The position numbers and the translations under genes were made by a program. A stretch of 63,681 nt of DNA, the filler included, from Candidatus Woesearchaeota archaeon (lineage in GTDB: Archaea > Nanobdellota > Nanobdellia > Woesearchaeales > CAZJJJ01), in NCBI GenBank assembly GCA_046538795.1. It is 6 parts of 6 records of this genome, joined end to end, with 100 filler letters (N's around TTAATTAATTAA, not from the genome) between each part and the next. Parts side by side here need not be neighbours in the genome. Positions count along the whole stretch, not along the records: positions 1 to 28,438 come from JBKHIF010000012.1; 5 more parts are not named here. One strand, given 5' to 3'. The notes under the pieces are model-generated. The model was given only the letters and a program-made list of their open reading frames with translations. It was not told where the DNA came from and searched no databases. This document shows, one piece after another, positions 1 to 9,449 of this stretch (within the stretch, counting starts at the first letter, position 1; every line of letters starts with the position of its first letter).

Positions 1-53
1 TTAAGAAAGATTTAATATGAAATATATGATATGATATTTTAGTTTGATTGTAG

Positions 54-542
54 GTGGTTTATTTGGATAAGATAATCAAGGTAAATAGAAGACATCTTGA
101 AAAACTTGCAGATATTGATTATGAATGTGAACATCCTGTAGATGTTCAGAGAAATCTTTCACATTCAGATATGAAAAAATATATCTTGAAAAGATTTGAT
201 GAAAAAAAAGAATCATTTTTTGCTTACAAGCATAATGATGAACTTGTTGGTTATATAACTATGATCCCTTTTTTTCCTGGTTATAAACATTGTGAAGTTT
301 ATTGGCTTGCTGTCAAGAAAAAATATCAAAAACAAGGTATTGGAAAAAAATTGATGGAATTTGTTGAAAGACATGCAAAAGATAATGGTTTTAGAAAGGT
401 GTGTCTTTATACAGGAAAAGATATGGACGGAGCAAGAAAATTTTATGAAAAAATAGGTTATAAATTCATAAATGAATTTCCAGGTTATTATGGTTTTGAA
501 TCAGGAAATACAACATCTGTTCTTTATGCAAAAGAGTTATGA
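54..542 (+). CDS. GNAT family N-acetyltransferase
   Basis: Acetyl-CoA motif A (LAVKKKYQKQGIGKKL) and ARKFYEKIGY. Confidence 0.9.
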   Translation: MVYLDKIIKVNRRHLEKLADIDYECEHPVDVQRNLSHSDMKKYILKRFDEKKESFFAYKHNDELVGYITMIPFFPGYKHCEVYWLAVKKKYQKQGIGKKLMEFVERHAKDNGFRKVCLYTGKDMDGARKFYEKIGYKFINEFPGYYGFESGNTTSVLYAKEL

Positions 543-615
543 TAATAGTTTATGCTTTCTTAGTTCCCATATTTTTTTGAAAAAATAATAATAATGTGAT
601 GGTTGAATGATCAAT

Positions 616-1287
616 TCAATAATATCTTTTTTTATGATTTCTTTTGATAACTTCCTTGATTGGATCTGTTTCGATGGATTTATTTTTATTTCTTAATTTG
701 ATTTTTATAATTCTAACATCACTTATGAATGTTCTTAAATAAGAAGAAATATGATTCCATGCATCAGTTAAATATGTTTCGTGCTTAGGATGAGATATAT
801 TCAATACTTCATCAGGAACCTTTATCTGAAGTGCCATATTATATATTCCTGTTTGTCTTTGATATTTGTTATCTGAATCATTAAAATGTGCAAAATTAAG
901 TTCTGCTTCGCAAAGTTTTTCAAGTCCATCTTTAAAAATATGAAATCTTGGGTGGGTTGTGTCTGCTCTTAACATTAAGAATCCTTGCATTCCTGATCTA
1001 TCAATTCCATATTCTTTGGTATGATTTAGGTATCTTCCGTGATCTTTAAAACTACCTGAACAAGACATCATTTTTGAATAAAGAAAATCTATTCTGTTAA
1101 TGAGGTTGAATGTTTCGAATAAATCGGGATCAACACCATCTTGACATGTAGTGCCAGAATAATTTATGGTTGCAATTCCTAAATCTCCCCAAGCCTCTCC
1201 ACTTGATGGTCTATGAGTCTTTCTGAATTCTTTCTCTTCAGCAAAATTTTCAAAATAACCTTTTAGAGGATGTTTGTCACTTATCAT
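616..1287 (-). CDS. Hypothetical protein with a TYW3/Taw3-like N-terminal motif
   Basis: 223-aa ORF; VDPDL..NLINRIDFLYSKMMSCSG resembles the D..I...IN....TTSSCSG motif of TYW3. Confidence 0.55.
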   Translation of the reverse strand: MISDKHPLKGYFENFAEEKEFRKTHRPSSGEAWGDLGIATINYSGTTCQDGVDPDLFETFNLINRIDFLYSKMMSCSGSFKDHGRYLNHTKEYGIDRSGMQGFLMLRADTTHPRFHIFKDGLEKLCEAELNFAHFNDSDNKYQRQTGIYNMALQIKVPDEVLNISHPKHETYLTDAWNHISSYLRTFISDVRIIKIKLRNKNKSIETDPIKEVIKRNHKKRYY

Positions 1288-1340
1288 TATGGAGTGGTTA
1301 GGTGATTGTTATGTTTATATTTAACTCTTTTTTTGAATAA

Positions 1341-1718
1341 TCATGCGCTTTCAAAATCGCAGCCTTTCATTTGTGCAAGATCATCGATTGTTTTTTCTGT
1401 TACTTTTTGTTTGGTCTGATCTTTTGTTTCATATAGCATGTGGTATTCCAGATCTGCAATGTAAGAAAGTGCTTCTTTATGTTTTTTATTGATGCTGTTT
1501 TTATTTTCCTTAAGAGACTGACAGGAGTTGAAAATAGGGGAACCTATGTAATTTATGAGCCAGTGTATCTTTTTTTTAGGCAGATAAGCATCATGATCCA
1601 TTGTATATATCCCAAATAAGGATCTTGCATGTTTGCCAAGATATTCAGCAGGATATGTCATAAATTCTTCTATTCTTTTATCTATATATACATCTTTTTC
1701 TGAAGAATCGTAAGCCAT
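1341..1718 (-). CDS. Hypothetical protein
   Basis: 125-aa ORF, ATG start, TATA-like TTTATTAA upstream. Confidence 0.6.
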   Translation of the reverse strand: MAYDSSEKDVYIDKRIEEFMTYPAEYLGKHARSLFGIYTMDHDAYLPKKKIHWLINYIGSPIFNSCQSLKENKNSINKKHKEALSYIADLEYHMLYETKDQTKQKVTEKTIDDLAQMKGCDFESA

Positions 1719-1779
1719 ACAAAGAAGGGTTTTGGAGTCCTTAATAAATGTTATCTTGATGTAGTTCTTGATAAGAGGT

Positions 1780-2589
1780 TCAGAGATGTTTTTGCTTTTC
1801 GCCTTTGATTTTTATCTGGTCTTTTATTACCTTTGATATATCTTTTATCAACTCAATCTCAATATCTCCGAAATGCTGTTTCTGCTTTAATTCTATAGTT
1901 CTCTGGTTGTCCAAATGAAGACAAGGGATGAATGTTAAAACTTTATCTTCTTTTGTTTCAGAAGGGATAAGTTCGTCAAACATCATCTTTTTTCTTCCTT
2001 TCATAAGCTCAATTATAGTATCCTGGACTTTTTCTATAATCTCATTTATATCAATAGGCTTTTTTGGAGGTTCAACTTTTTCATAATTATCAGTTCTTGC
2101 AGGACGCCTTCTCTTGACTTCAAGAGCCTTTTCCAGAGCTTCTACAAGATCAAATATAGAGACTTTCCTTTTCCTTGGTTGAGGCGTCCTTGGAATAAGC
2201 TCGTGCTTTCCGCCAGGAATGTATTCGTTTTGAAGAAGCTCATGTTCAAGCTCGTCCATCGTGTCCATGTATTCATCTTCATATTCATCAACAAAGTTAA
2301 CAAGCTTGTCGAAATTGTCAAGATCCTGAGACAGGAACTTGTTTGATTTCATCTTAAGGAGTATGGCTGATGCCAGGACCATCTTTCCTGAAACCCTGAA
2401 ATCTGCCTTTTCAAGGCTTTTAATTGTCTCCATAAATTTCTCTGAAAGAAGTGTTATGTTGACGTCCCAAGGATCCATCTGCTCTGTCCTTACCAGATCC
2501 TGTAGGATGGATTGCCATGTTATCTCATCTTCTTTTAGAAGCATGTCAAATATCTGGTTATTGGCAGGATTAGAATTGCTTTCATCCAT
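1780..2589 (-). CDS. scpA: Segregation/condensation protein A (kleisin)
   Basis: MDPWDVNI, ASAILLKMKS, TFIPCLHL and QKQHFGDIEI motifs typical of ScpA. Confidence 0.9.
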   Translation of the reverse strand: MDESNSNPANNQIFDMLLKEDEITWQSILQDLVRTEQMDPWDVNITLLSEKFMETIKSLEKADFRVSGKMVLASAILLKMKSNKFLSQDLDNFDKLVNFVDEYEDEYMDTMDELEHELLQNEYIPGGKHELIPRTPQPRKRKVSIFDLVEALEKALEVKRRRPARTDNYEKVEPPKKPIDINEIIEKVQDTIIELMKGRKKMMFDELIPSETKEDKVLTFIPCLHLDNQRTIELKQKQHFGDIEIELIKDISKVIKDQIKIKGEKQKHL

Positions 2590-2680
2590 AGAAGAGAATG
2601 ATTGGATTTAGTATATAAATTTAACTTAATTGATTTTTCTATTTTTAATTATCTTTTCTGCTTCTTTAAGGAATCTCATC

Positions 2681-3757
2681 TTACTTCCCAAAGTCATTCA
2701 AAGTCTTATTTCCTGAAAATGTGACAATAGTAGTGTTACCTTCAGAACCGCCACCTGACTTTTCTAAAGAAATAAACTTGTTGTCAGCCAAGTGCTTTAT
2801 CTTTCTCTGGAATGTCTTATAGACTCCTTTTCCACCTTCTTTGACATATGTATCAAAAAGCTCTCCTATCTTTTTTCCTGAATTTCCTTTTATAAGATCA
2901 AGTATGGTCTGTGTATCATCTTCAAGACTTGTCTTTTTTTTTATGGTAAACTCATCAAGCTTTTTGAGAGCTGTTTGCATATGGGTTTCAGTTATGTTCT
3001 TTGAGCTTTCATCTTCTGCAGCATGTCCTGCTTCTTTTAAAAGAAAAAGCCCAGTCCTTATGTCTTTCATGTCATAGGCCTTTTTTGTCGCGATAGAGAA
3101 AGGTTCTGCTTCCCAGACTCCTTCGTAAAAAGCAGAATCAAGGCGTTCTTTCATTATTCCTGTAGTTTCCTTTAGATCATACGCCCTGAACTCAAGAAGC
3201 TGAGCCATCAGCCTGCTTTTTATCCTATCGTCAAAATCAAGCACAAGCTCTTTGTGGTTTGTGATGAGTATTATTGTTTTTTTATATATCTCTTCAAGTA
3301 TGAAATAAAGGAAATCAGTGTCTTCCACCTTGTCAGCTTCATCAAATATGAATACTGCTGATTTCTTATTTATCATTGATTTTACTATGTTAAAAAGCTC
3401 ATCAGTCTTCTTGTTATGGGTAAACTTATATCCCAAGAGATCGCATATCTCCATAAGTATCTTGTAAGAAGAATTCTTCTGCCAGCAGTTTATGTAAAGA
3501 GGAATAATTTCTTCTGTTTCTTCCTCAAGCTCATTTACAAGATGCTTGCAGGCGACAGTCTTTCCGATTCCAGGCGGGCCATATATAAGAAGATTTCTTC
3601 CGTTTGCGCTCTGAAAAAGAGGTTTTATGCAGTTTGCTATGATTCTTTGCTCCTGTTCCCTGTAAGGTATCACTTTAGGTATGAAATCATAGTCCAGAGC
3701 AACAGTGTTTCTAAATAATGTCTGGTCTGCTGACAGCATGTCTTTGAACATTCCCAT
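2681..3757 (-). CDS. cdc6: Orc1/Cdc6 replication initiator AAA+ ATPase
   Basis: YDFIP...YREQE, Walker A GPPGIGKT, YINC, Walker B IFDEAD, DRIKSRL, C-terminal winged helix. Confidence 0.92.
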   Translation of the reverse strand: MGMFKDMLSADQTLFRNTVALDYDFIPKVIPYREQEQRIIANCIKPLFQSANGRNLLIYGPPGIGKTVACKHLVNELEEETEEIIPLYINCWQKNSSYKILMEICDLLGYKFTHNKKTDELFNIVKSMINKKSAVFIFDEADKVEDTDFLYFILEEIYKKTIILITNHKELVLDFDDRIKSRLMAQLLEFRAYDLKETTGIMKERLDSAFYEGVWEAEPFSIATKKAYDMKDIRTGLFLLKEAGHAAEDESSKNITETHMQTALKKLDEFTIKKKTSLEDDTQTILDLIKGNSGKKIGELFDTYVKEGGKGVYKTFQRKIKHLADNKFISLEKSGGGSEGNTTIVTFSGNKTLNDFGK

Positions 3758-3823
3758 AGTATATGGAGAGGTTTTTCGGCTTTTTAAAAGTTTTGTATGC
3801 AGATGTCCAGTGGGTAGTGTTTC

Positions 3824-4348
3824 TTGATGTTATATTTTTATCATATATTTTGTCAAGCAATAATGTTTTTATGTGATTGTTATATCATTAATTTAGTGGT
3901 TGCAAATAACTATACTCATGAAAAAGGCATAGACAAGATAATTGATGCTTTGGATGATGAATCTCTTGACCATATTGCCTTAAAATATGAGTATGGAATA
4001 AGGCCTAACAAAGGATGCAACAAGGTTGGATTCTTAGGCGAGATTGATGTTTTTGCTTCAGTTGGAGACACTCTTTTGATTTTTGAATACAAATCAAGAG
4101 ATTCACGTGATCAGAGAATAAAAGCATATCAGCAGCTTTTTTCTGCAAGAAAATATTTTGAAGACCAGTATGATTCCATAGCTACATATTATGTACATGA
4201 TGATCTTATATTTGAACAGGTTTCAATGGAGGAACTTGAGGCAAGCAGCAACAGATTTAGAGTAAAAATTGATGTTGATGGAAAAAAATCTGAAGAAAAG
4301 CGATTTGAACTTTCCTGGGATCCATGCGGTTTAACTTATCTTTTTTAG
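3824..4348 (+). CDS. PD-(D/E)XK nuclease-fold protein (true start possibly GTG at 3896)
   Basis: E...GEIDVFA...LIFEYKS...KAYQQL motif. Confidence 0.65.
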   Translation: MMLYFYHIFCQAIMFLCDCYIINLVVANNYTHEKGIDKIIDALDDESLDHIALKYEYGIRPNKGCNKVGFLGEIDVFASVGDTLLIFEYKSRDSRDQRIKAYQQLFSARKYFEDQYDSIATYYVHDDLIFEQVSMEELEASSNRFRVKIDVDGKKSEEKRFELSWDPCGLTYLF

Positions 4349-4842
4349 TTCTTATAGACCTCTTCATGATAAATCGCTTCAAGAGGGCGTTTTGATTTTT
4401 CAGGAAATTCGTCTGTATAACCCAAAGATACTATGCTTATAAGCTTATAGTTTTCCGGAGCTTCTATAAGATCAAGAACATCATCTGCATATTCTTTCTT
4501 TGCTCCTGCAATCCAGCAGGATCCGATATCATATGCTCTTGCTGCTAAGAGTATGTTTTGTGTCGCTGCAGAACCATCTTCAAGATAATAATCAGAATCC
4601 TGTGCGATAGTTATTATGGCTGCATTGGCACTTTCTATAAACTTTCCATTCGGAGCGATGTCAGCAATCTTTCTTAATGTATCTTTGTCTTTTATGACTA
4701 TGAATTCCCAACCTTGTGTATTTCTTGCCGAAGCTGCCTGTCTTGCACAGTCAACTATATCTTTAAGTATATCTTCACCGATGTCTTTGTCGATATATGT
4801 CCTTACGCTTCTTCTTTCCTTTATGCAATCTATAGCTTCCAT
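4345..4842 (-). CDS. Nitroreductase family protein
   Basis: RRSVRTY, AASARNTQGWEF, QNILLAARAYDIGSCWI. Confidence 0.92.
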   Translation of the reverse strand: MEAIDCIKERRSVRTYIDKDIGEDILKDIVDCARQAASARNTQGWEFIVIKDKDTLRKIADIAPNGKFIESANAAIITIAQDSDYYLEDGSAATQNILLAARAYDIGSCWIAGAKKEYADDVLDLIEAPENYKLISIVSLGYTDEFPEKSKRPLEAIYHEEVYKN

Positions 4843-4912
4843 CTTGCATTAAAGTAATATTTCTTTTTTTTTATATGTTTTCTTTAAATGTTTTTTGACA
4901 TCTGTTAATATC

Positions 4913-5557
4913 TTAATATTCTATAGGATCTGTAACTGCGTCAAGGATCACATGTTTGTCATATATATCGTCAGAATCATCTTTTAAGTATGAGAGAAGC
5001 ATAGGTTCGTTCATCTCTATACTATATTGAGACAGTAATCCTTCAAGTTGTGTTGATGCTTTTTCATCTGAATGGCTAAGTTTTATGAATGCAGAGTAGC
5101 TAACATTTGCTTCGAACAGATCAATTATCTGGTTGCTTAGTCTTGCCCCCAAAAGAGCCAATGCGCTTATCCCTACGTATTGGAGAATAGAAAGATTATC
5201 AATACCCATTGCAGAGTATAGTGTTGTTCCACCTATGATCCCCATCGATGCTCCTATAATTTTTCCTGCGAGTTTTCCCTTGTCGTTTATCTTATAGTTA
5301 AGATCGTTTAAGGATTCTTCAAAAGTATCTTTGTCATCAGGAGGTATGTAAAAATATAGTGTTCCTTCAAATATTGGGCTCTTATCTGGTCCTATTATGT
5401 CTTTGGGGAATACAAATTTTCCTCCTTTATGATAGAAGTTATCTTTTCTTTCAAAGCCATATTCTTCAAGCATCTTTATAGCTTCATTATCTGTATCAAG
5501 ATCAAATTCCAGGTTTTCCCGGTAATTTTCTTTGATTATCCTAAATAGTTTTTTCAT
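4913..5557 (-). CDS. Hypothetical membrane protein
   Basis: Two Gly-rich hydrophobic segments. Confidence 0.6.
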   Translation of the reverse strand: MKKLFRIIKENYRENLEFDLDTDNEAIKMLEEYGFERKDNFYHKGGKFVFPKDIIGPDKSPIFEGTLYFYIPPDDKDTFEESLNDLNYKINDKGKLAGKIIGASMGIIGGTTLYSAMGIDNLSILQYVGISALALLGARLSNQIIDLFEANVSYSAFIKLSHSDEKASTQLEGLLSQYSIEMNEPMLLSYLKDDSDDIYDKHVILDAVTDPIEY

Positions 5558-5740
5558 ATCTTTTTTGATGACTTAAATAAAATATTTAAATTATTATGTC
5601 TTTAAGTATCCATTATGTTATTACATATTATCTGTTCTTATCGGTTCTTTTAATGTTCTTTAAATCTTTATCCAGAACTTTTTCTTTTGCGTATATTATA
5701 CAAGATAGGCTTTAATAATGATCTTTTTTATATCCTAATC

Positions 5741-6343
5741 ATGTTCAAGAACAGGAAAGAAGCAGGAAAACTTCTTGCAAAAAGGCTTGAAGGCTACAAA
5801 GACAAGGATCCGATAGTTTTTTCGATAACAAAAGAAGGGATCTTTGTCGGTAAGGAAGTGGCAGAACAGCTTGACGTTGATTTTTCAGTTCTTATGGTAA
5901 GCAAGCTTCCTCATCCTACAACGCCTTATGGGTGGTTTGGTGCTATAAGCGAAAGAGGAGATACAGAACTTTTGGAAGATGAACCTTATGGCTCTGAAGA
6001 GGTCAAGACCGATATCCTCAAAAAGCTTGAGAAAGAAAAATATGAACTAAGAGGTGGACCTTTACCTGATCTTTGGGGAAAGACAGTCATACTTGTGGAT
6101 GATGGCATAAATCAATCTCTTACCATGAAGGCTGCGATAAAGACTTGTAGAAAGATGAATCCAGAGGAAATTATAGTTGCTGTTCCTGTGACTGGTTCTA
6201 ATATAAAATCTGAGATGAAATCTGTCGCTGATTATGTTATCGTTCTTGAGACACCTGAATTGTTCTATAGGGTAAAAGATGATTATCTTGAATTTGAGGA
6301 GATATCTTTTGAGGATGCAAAAGAGATATACAATAAAAGATGA
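5741..6343 (+). CDS. Phosphoribosyltransferase family protein
   Basis: MFKNRKEAGKLLA start, PRPP loop VILVDDGI, IIVAVPV; start moved to the ATG at 5741. Confidence 0.85.
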   Translation: MFKNRKEAGKLLAKRLEGYKDKDPIVFSITKEGIFVGKEVAEQLDVDFSVLMVSKLPHPTTPYGWFGAISERGDTELLEDEPYGSEEVKTDILKKLEKEKYELRGGPLPDLWGKTVILVDDGINQSLTMKAAIKTCRKMNPEEIIVAVPVTGSNIKSEMKSVADYVIVLETPELFYRVKDDYLEFEEISFEDAKEIYNKR

Positions 6344-6455
6344 TATAGAAGACATAAACAATATATTCATGATTTAGTTGAAATTGTTTTCATGTGATCA
6401 TCAAAACATAATTTTTTATATCTAAAATGATTATCAGAAGATCGGGGGTGTAGAT

Positions 6456-6734
6456 ATGAGATTATTCTACATATTTGTATTTTTGGTATTGCTCTCTTCA
6501 TCTGTTTTTGGAGCATGTTATAATAAGCAAGAAAAATTATATGATTTTGGCATATCATATATGATTTGTGAACCACAAGAGATAGCATCAGGATGTTATA
6601 CCATAACAGATCATATGACAAGAGCTGTATCTCAGCCTGAGATGATTGAACCTTATCAGTGCATGACATGGCATGATGCGAGAAATTCTATGTTCGGTTT
6701 TTCTTATGGTGTTATAACTTGCTGTGATAAGTAG
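6456..6734 (+). CDS. Small secreted Cys-rich protein
   Basis: Signal-peptide-like N-terminus, six Cys, GGGGTG SD-like element upstream. Confidence 0.6.
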   Translation: MRLFYIFVFLVLLSSSVFGACYNKQEKLYDFGISYMICEPQEIASGCYTITDHMTRAVSQPEMIEPYQCMTWHDARNSMFGFSYGVITCCDK

Positions 6735-6819
6735 AAAAAGAAGTAAGAAAAAAAATTTAAAAATATTAATTTTGCTAGTTATAGTGATATTTTTAAGATC
6801 ATAAATAAAATCAAAAAAC

Positions 6820-7011
6820 TTATGCTAGCTGGATTTTCTGAGCTTGGATGCCTTTGTCAGTATCGACAGCTTCAAAAGTAACTTTGTCGCCTTCATTCAG
6901 GTTAGTTCCTTCTGGAACTTGTGAATGGTGGACAAAATAATCCTGTCCGTCATCGCCGACAATGAATCCATAGCCTTTTTCTTCACTGAACCATTTTACG
7001 GTGCCTTCCAT
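6820..7011 (-). CDS. csp: Cold-shock domain protein
   Basis: MEGTVKWF, RNP1 KGYGFI, RNP2 YFVH; GGAGGT SD upstream; true start 7011, inside the helicase 3' end. Confidence 0.93.
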   Translation of the reverse strand: MEGTVKWFSEEKGYGFIVGDDGQDYFVHHSQVPEGTNLNEGDKVTFEAVDTDKGIQAQKIQLA

Positions 7012-8251
7012 TTTTACCTCCTCTATGATTATTATCTTTATGATCGCTATTGCTTCTTCTGGAGTTATTTCCTCTTCTATTATTCCCCCTTCTGAAATTA
7101 GGTCTTCCTTCTCTTTTGTTCTCAATGATCTTTATCTTTGCTCTTTCGATGTATGGTCTTTCTTTTTTCTCTACATCAACATCATTGAATCTTAAGATTC
7201 TTGAGAAATTGTCATGATCCCTTGGAGAAAGTATGTTTATAGCAATTCCTTCTTTTCCTGCTCTGGCAGTTCTTCCTATTCTATGAACATACTGCTTGCT
7301 ATCTTTAGGTATGTCATAATTATAGACATGAGAAACTCCCTTTATGTCAAGACCCCTGCTTGCAACATCAGTGCATACAAGAACGCATACCTTTTCAGAG
7401 TTGAACCTGTTTAAAGTTTTTCCCCTCTTATCCTGGGAAAATCCTCCGTGGATAGCAATCGCATCTATATCGTTTAACTTTAGGTTTTTTGCGACAAAAT
7501 CTGTGTTTTGTCTTGAATTGCAAAATACCATTACAAGACCTGATTTCTCGCTTTTCAGAAGATGCACTAAAAGAGAAAATTTAAGCTTGTCATCTACATC
7601 ATAGTATACTTGCCTAAGTTTTTTTGGATCGACATATTCATCTACGGATATCTCAACAGGGTTATTCATAAGCCTTTTTGTTATGTATTCTGTATCGTTT
7701 GAGATCGTCGCCGAGAAGAATAATGTTTGACGTTCTTTAGGACACATCTTTATTATCCTTTTTACGTCAGGAAGAAAACCCATGTCAAGCATCTTATCTG
7801 CTTCATCAAGGACAAGTATCTTTACTTTGGAAAGATCTATAGTCCTTCTTTCAAGGTGATCAAGAACTCTTCCGGGAGTTGCAACTACTATGTCTGCAGA
7901 AGGAAGTTTTTCGATCTGCGGATTAATAGATACTCCGCCATAGACTGATACTATGTTAAGAGGCTTGTGTTTTGAGAATTTTTTAAGTTCATTTGAAACC
8001 TGCTCTGCAAGCTCTCTTGTCGGTGTCAGGACCAAGGATTGTATGCCTTTGCCCCTCTCTATGTTCTGTATGATCCCTGCTCCGAATGCAAGCGTCTTTC
8101 CAGAACCTGTAGCTGAGCCTCCAGTTACATCTTTTCCTTCAAGTATTATAGGAATAGCTTTTTTTTGTATGTCGGTAGGCTCTTTGAATTTTTGCTCGTT
8201 GATAGCTTTTAGAATGGGCTCTATCAGACCCAGATTTTTAAAATTACTCAT
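6983..8251 (-). CDS. DEAD-box RNA helicase
   Basis: Q motif, TGSGKT, PTRELA, DEAD, SAT, HRIGRTAR. Confidence 0.95.
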   Translation of the reverse strand: MSNFKNLGLIEPILKAINEQKFKEPTDIQKKAIPIILEGKDVTGGSATGSGKTLAFGAGIIQNIERGKGIQSLVLTPTRELAEQVSNELKKFSKHKPLNIVSVYGGVSINPQIEKLPSADIVVATPGRVLDHLERRTIDLSKVKILVLDEADKMLDMGFLPDVKRIIKMCPKERQTLFFSATISNDTEYITKRLMNNPVEISVDEYVDPKKLRQVYYDVDDKLKFSLLVHLLKSEKSGLVMVFCNSRQNTDFVAKNLKLNDIDAIAIHGGFSQDKRGKTLNRFNSEKVCVLVCTDVASRGLDIKGVSHVYNYDIPKDSKQYVHRIGRTARAGKEGIAINILSPRDHDNFSRILRFNDVDVEKKERPYIERAKIKIIENKREGRPNFRRGNNRRGNNSRRSNSDHKDNNHRGGKNGRHRKMVQ

Positions 8252-8519
8252 TTTTATTCTTGTTTAACCTGCTATTTGATTATTTATCTGTACTAAGAAA
8301 AAGTTGTGCTCTTTCTTAAACTGATATCAGTAGAACCTTAATTTGTTTATAAAGGTTTTGCTTTTCATGGAATTAATTTTGTATTTCCTTGTTTTTACTT
8401 ATACTTCACCCAAACACTTTTATATAATCTCTTATTCATAAGCTATTATTGATTTTAGATCATTTTCTTAATTGTTTAAGTTGATGATTTTATCATATAA
8501 ATGATATTAAGGTGATATT

Positions 8520-8951
8520 ATGGCTGTTAAGAAAGGAGATAAGATAAAGGTCGAATATACAGGAAAACTAGAAGATGGTACTGTTTTTGACAGTTCTGAG
8601 AAGCATGGAAAGCCTCTTGAGTTTACAGTAGGCGAAGGAAAGCTTATCAAGGGATTTGATGAGGCAGTTGTTGGCATGGAAAAAGACCAGCAGAAACAGG
8701 TAAAGATAGCTCCGGAGAATGCTTACGGACAGAAGAATCCCCAGCTTATGAGCAAGATACCAAAAGACCAGTTTCCCGCAGACAAGACTCCGCAAAATGG
8801 AATGGTTGTAGTTCTTTCAACACCTGAAGGAAAGCAGGTGCCTGCTGTTATTGCAGAAGTCGGAGAGAATGATGTTACTGTAGATCTAAATCACCCATTG
8901 GCTGGAAAAACTCTTGTCTTTGAAATAAAAGTAGTTGAGATCGAAGCATAA
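8520..8951 (+). CDS. slyD: FKBP-type peptidyl-prolyl isomerase (SlyD-like)
   Basis: YTGKLEDGTVFDSS, DLNHPLAGKTL. Confidence 0.93.
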   Translation: MAVKKGDKIKVEYTGKLEDGTVFDSSEKHGKPLEFTVGEGKLIKGFDEAVVGMEKDQQKQVKIAPENAYGQKNPQLMSKIPKDQFPADKTPQNGMVVVLSTPEGKQVPAVIAEVGENDVTVDLNHPLAGKTLVFEIKVVEIEA

Positions 8952-9045
8952 GATTTTATTTAGTTTTATTTTTTATACATTGTATACCACTAGTCTACTC
9001 ACTGGTGTTTCATCGTTGGTGGTCACGATTATTTTTTGACATTCT

Positions 9046-9414
9046 TTATTTTCTACTTCTTATCCTGTATCTCATGAAATAGTCCGAAAGTATGAATAAT
9101 GCTCCTGCAAAAAATACCGGAAATGAAATTAGCATGAATGATATTGGATTTTTATGTGTGGAAAAGAAAAATACAGAAACTATGCCGAGAACAAAAAACA
9201 AGGCTCCTCCCAACAGGCTTTTTTTCCATGCGATAACTATGCAAACAATAAGTATGAATGCAGGAATCAGATGCATGAAGAGTGCAAGAAGCGTCTCGGA
9301 AAAGCCATATCCTTCAGAGAAAACATCAAAGGCAAATAATGATAGAAATACTGCAAACATAATCGATAATATGCGCGGCAGCCAGAGAAGAACCTTTCCA
9401 TAAGGATTTTCCAT
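9046..9414 (-). CDS. Four-TM hypothetical membrane protein
   Basis: Four hydrophobic helices; WLPRILSI...LFMHLIP. Confidence 0.7.
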   Translation of the reverse strand: MENPYGKVLLWLPRILSIMFAVFLSLFAFDVFSEGYGFSETLLALFMHLIPAFILIVCIVIAWKKSLLGGALFFVLGIVSVFFFSTHKNPISFMLISFPVFFAGALFILSDYFMRYRIRSRK

Positions 9415-9449
9415 GATTTTTTTATGTGTCTTATAGTATATATATTTTC

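Noticed and set aside
5634..5660. Three GTTCTT hexamers at 10-11 bp spacing in a divergent promoter region
   Set aside because: Too short and T-rich to distinguish from background without statistics.
7012..7125. N-terminal extension on the cold-shock protein (101-aa ORF call)
   Set aside because: It is an alternate frame of the helicase 3' end; the real start is ATG 7011 with a GGAGGT SD.
8293..8318. Hairpin in the DEAD-helicase leader as an RNA thermometer
   Set aside because: An AU-rich stem about 40 nt from the start codon that does not cover an SD; no supporting evidence.
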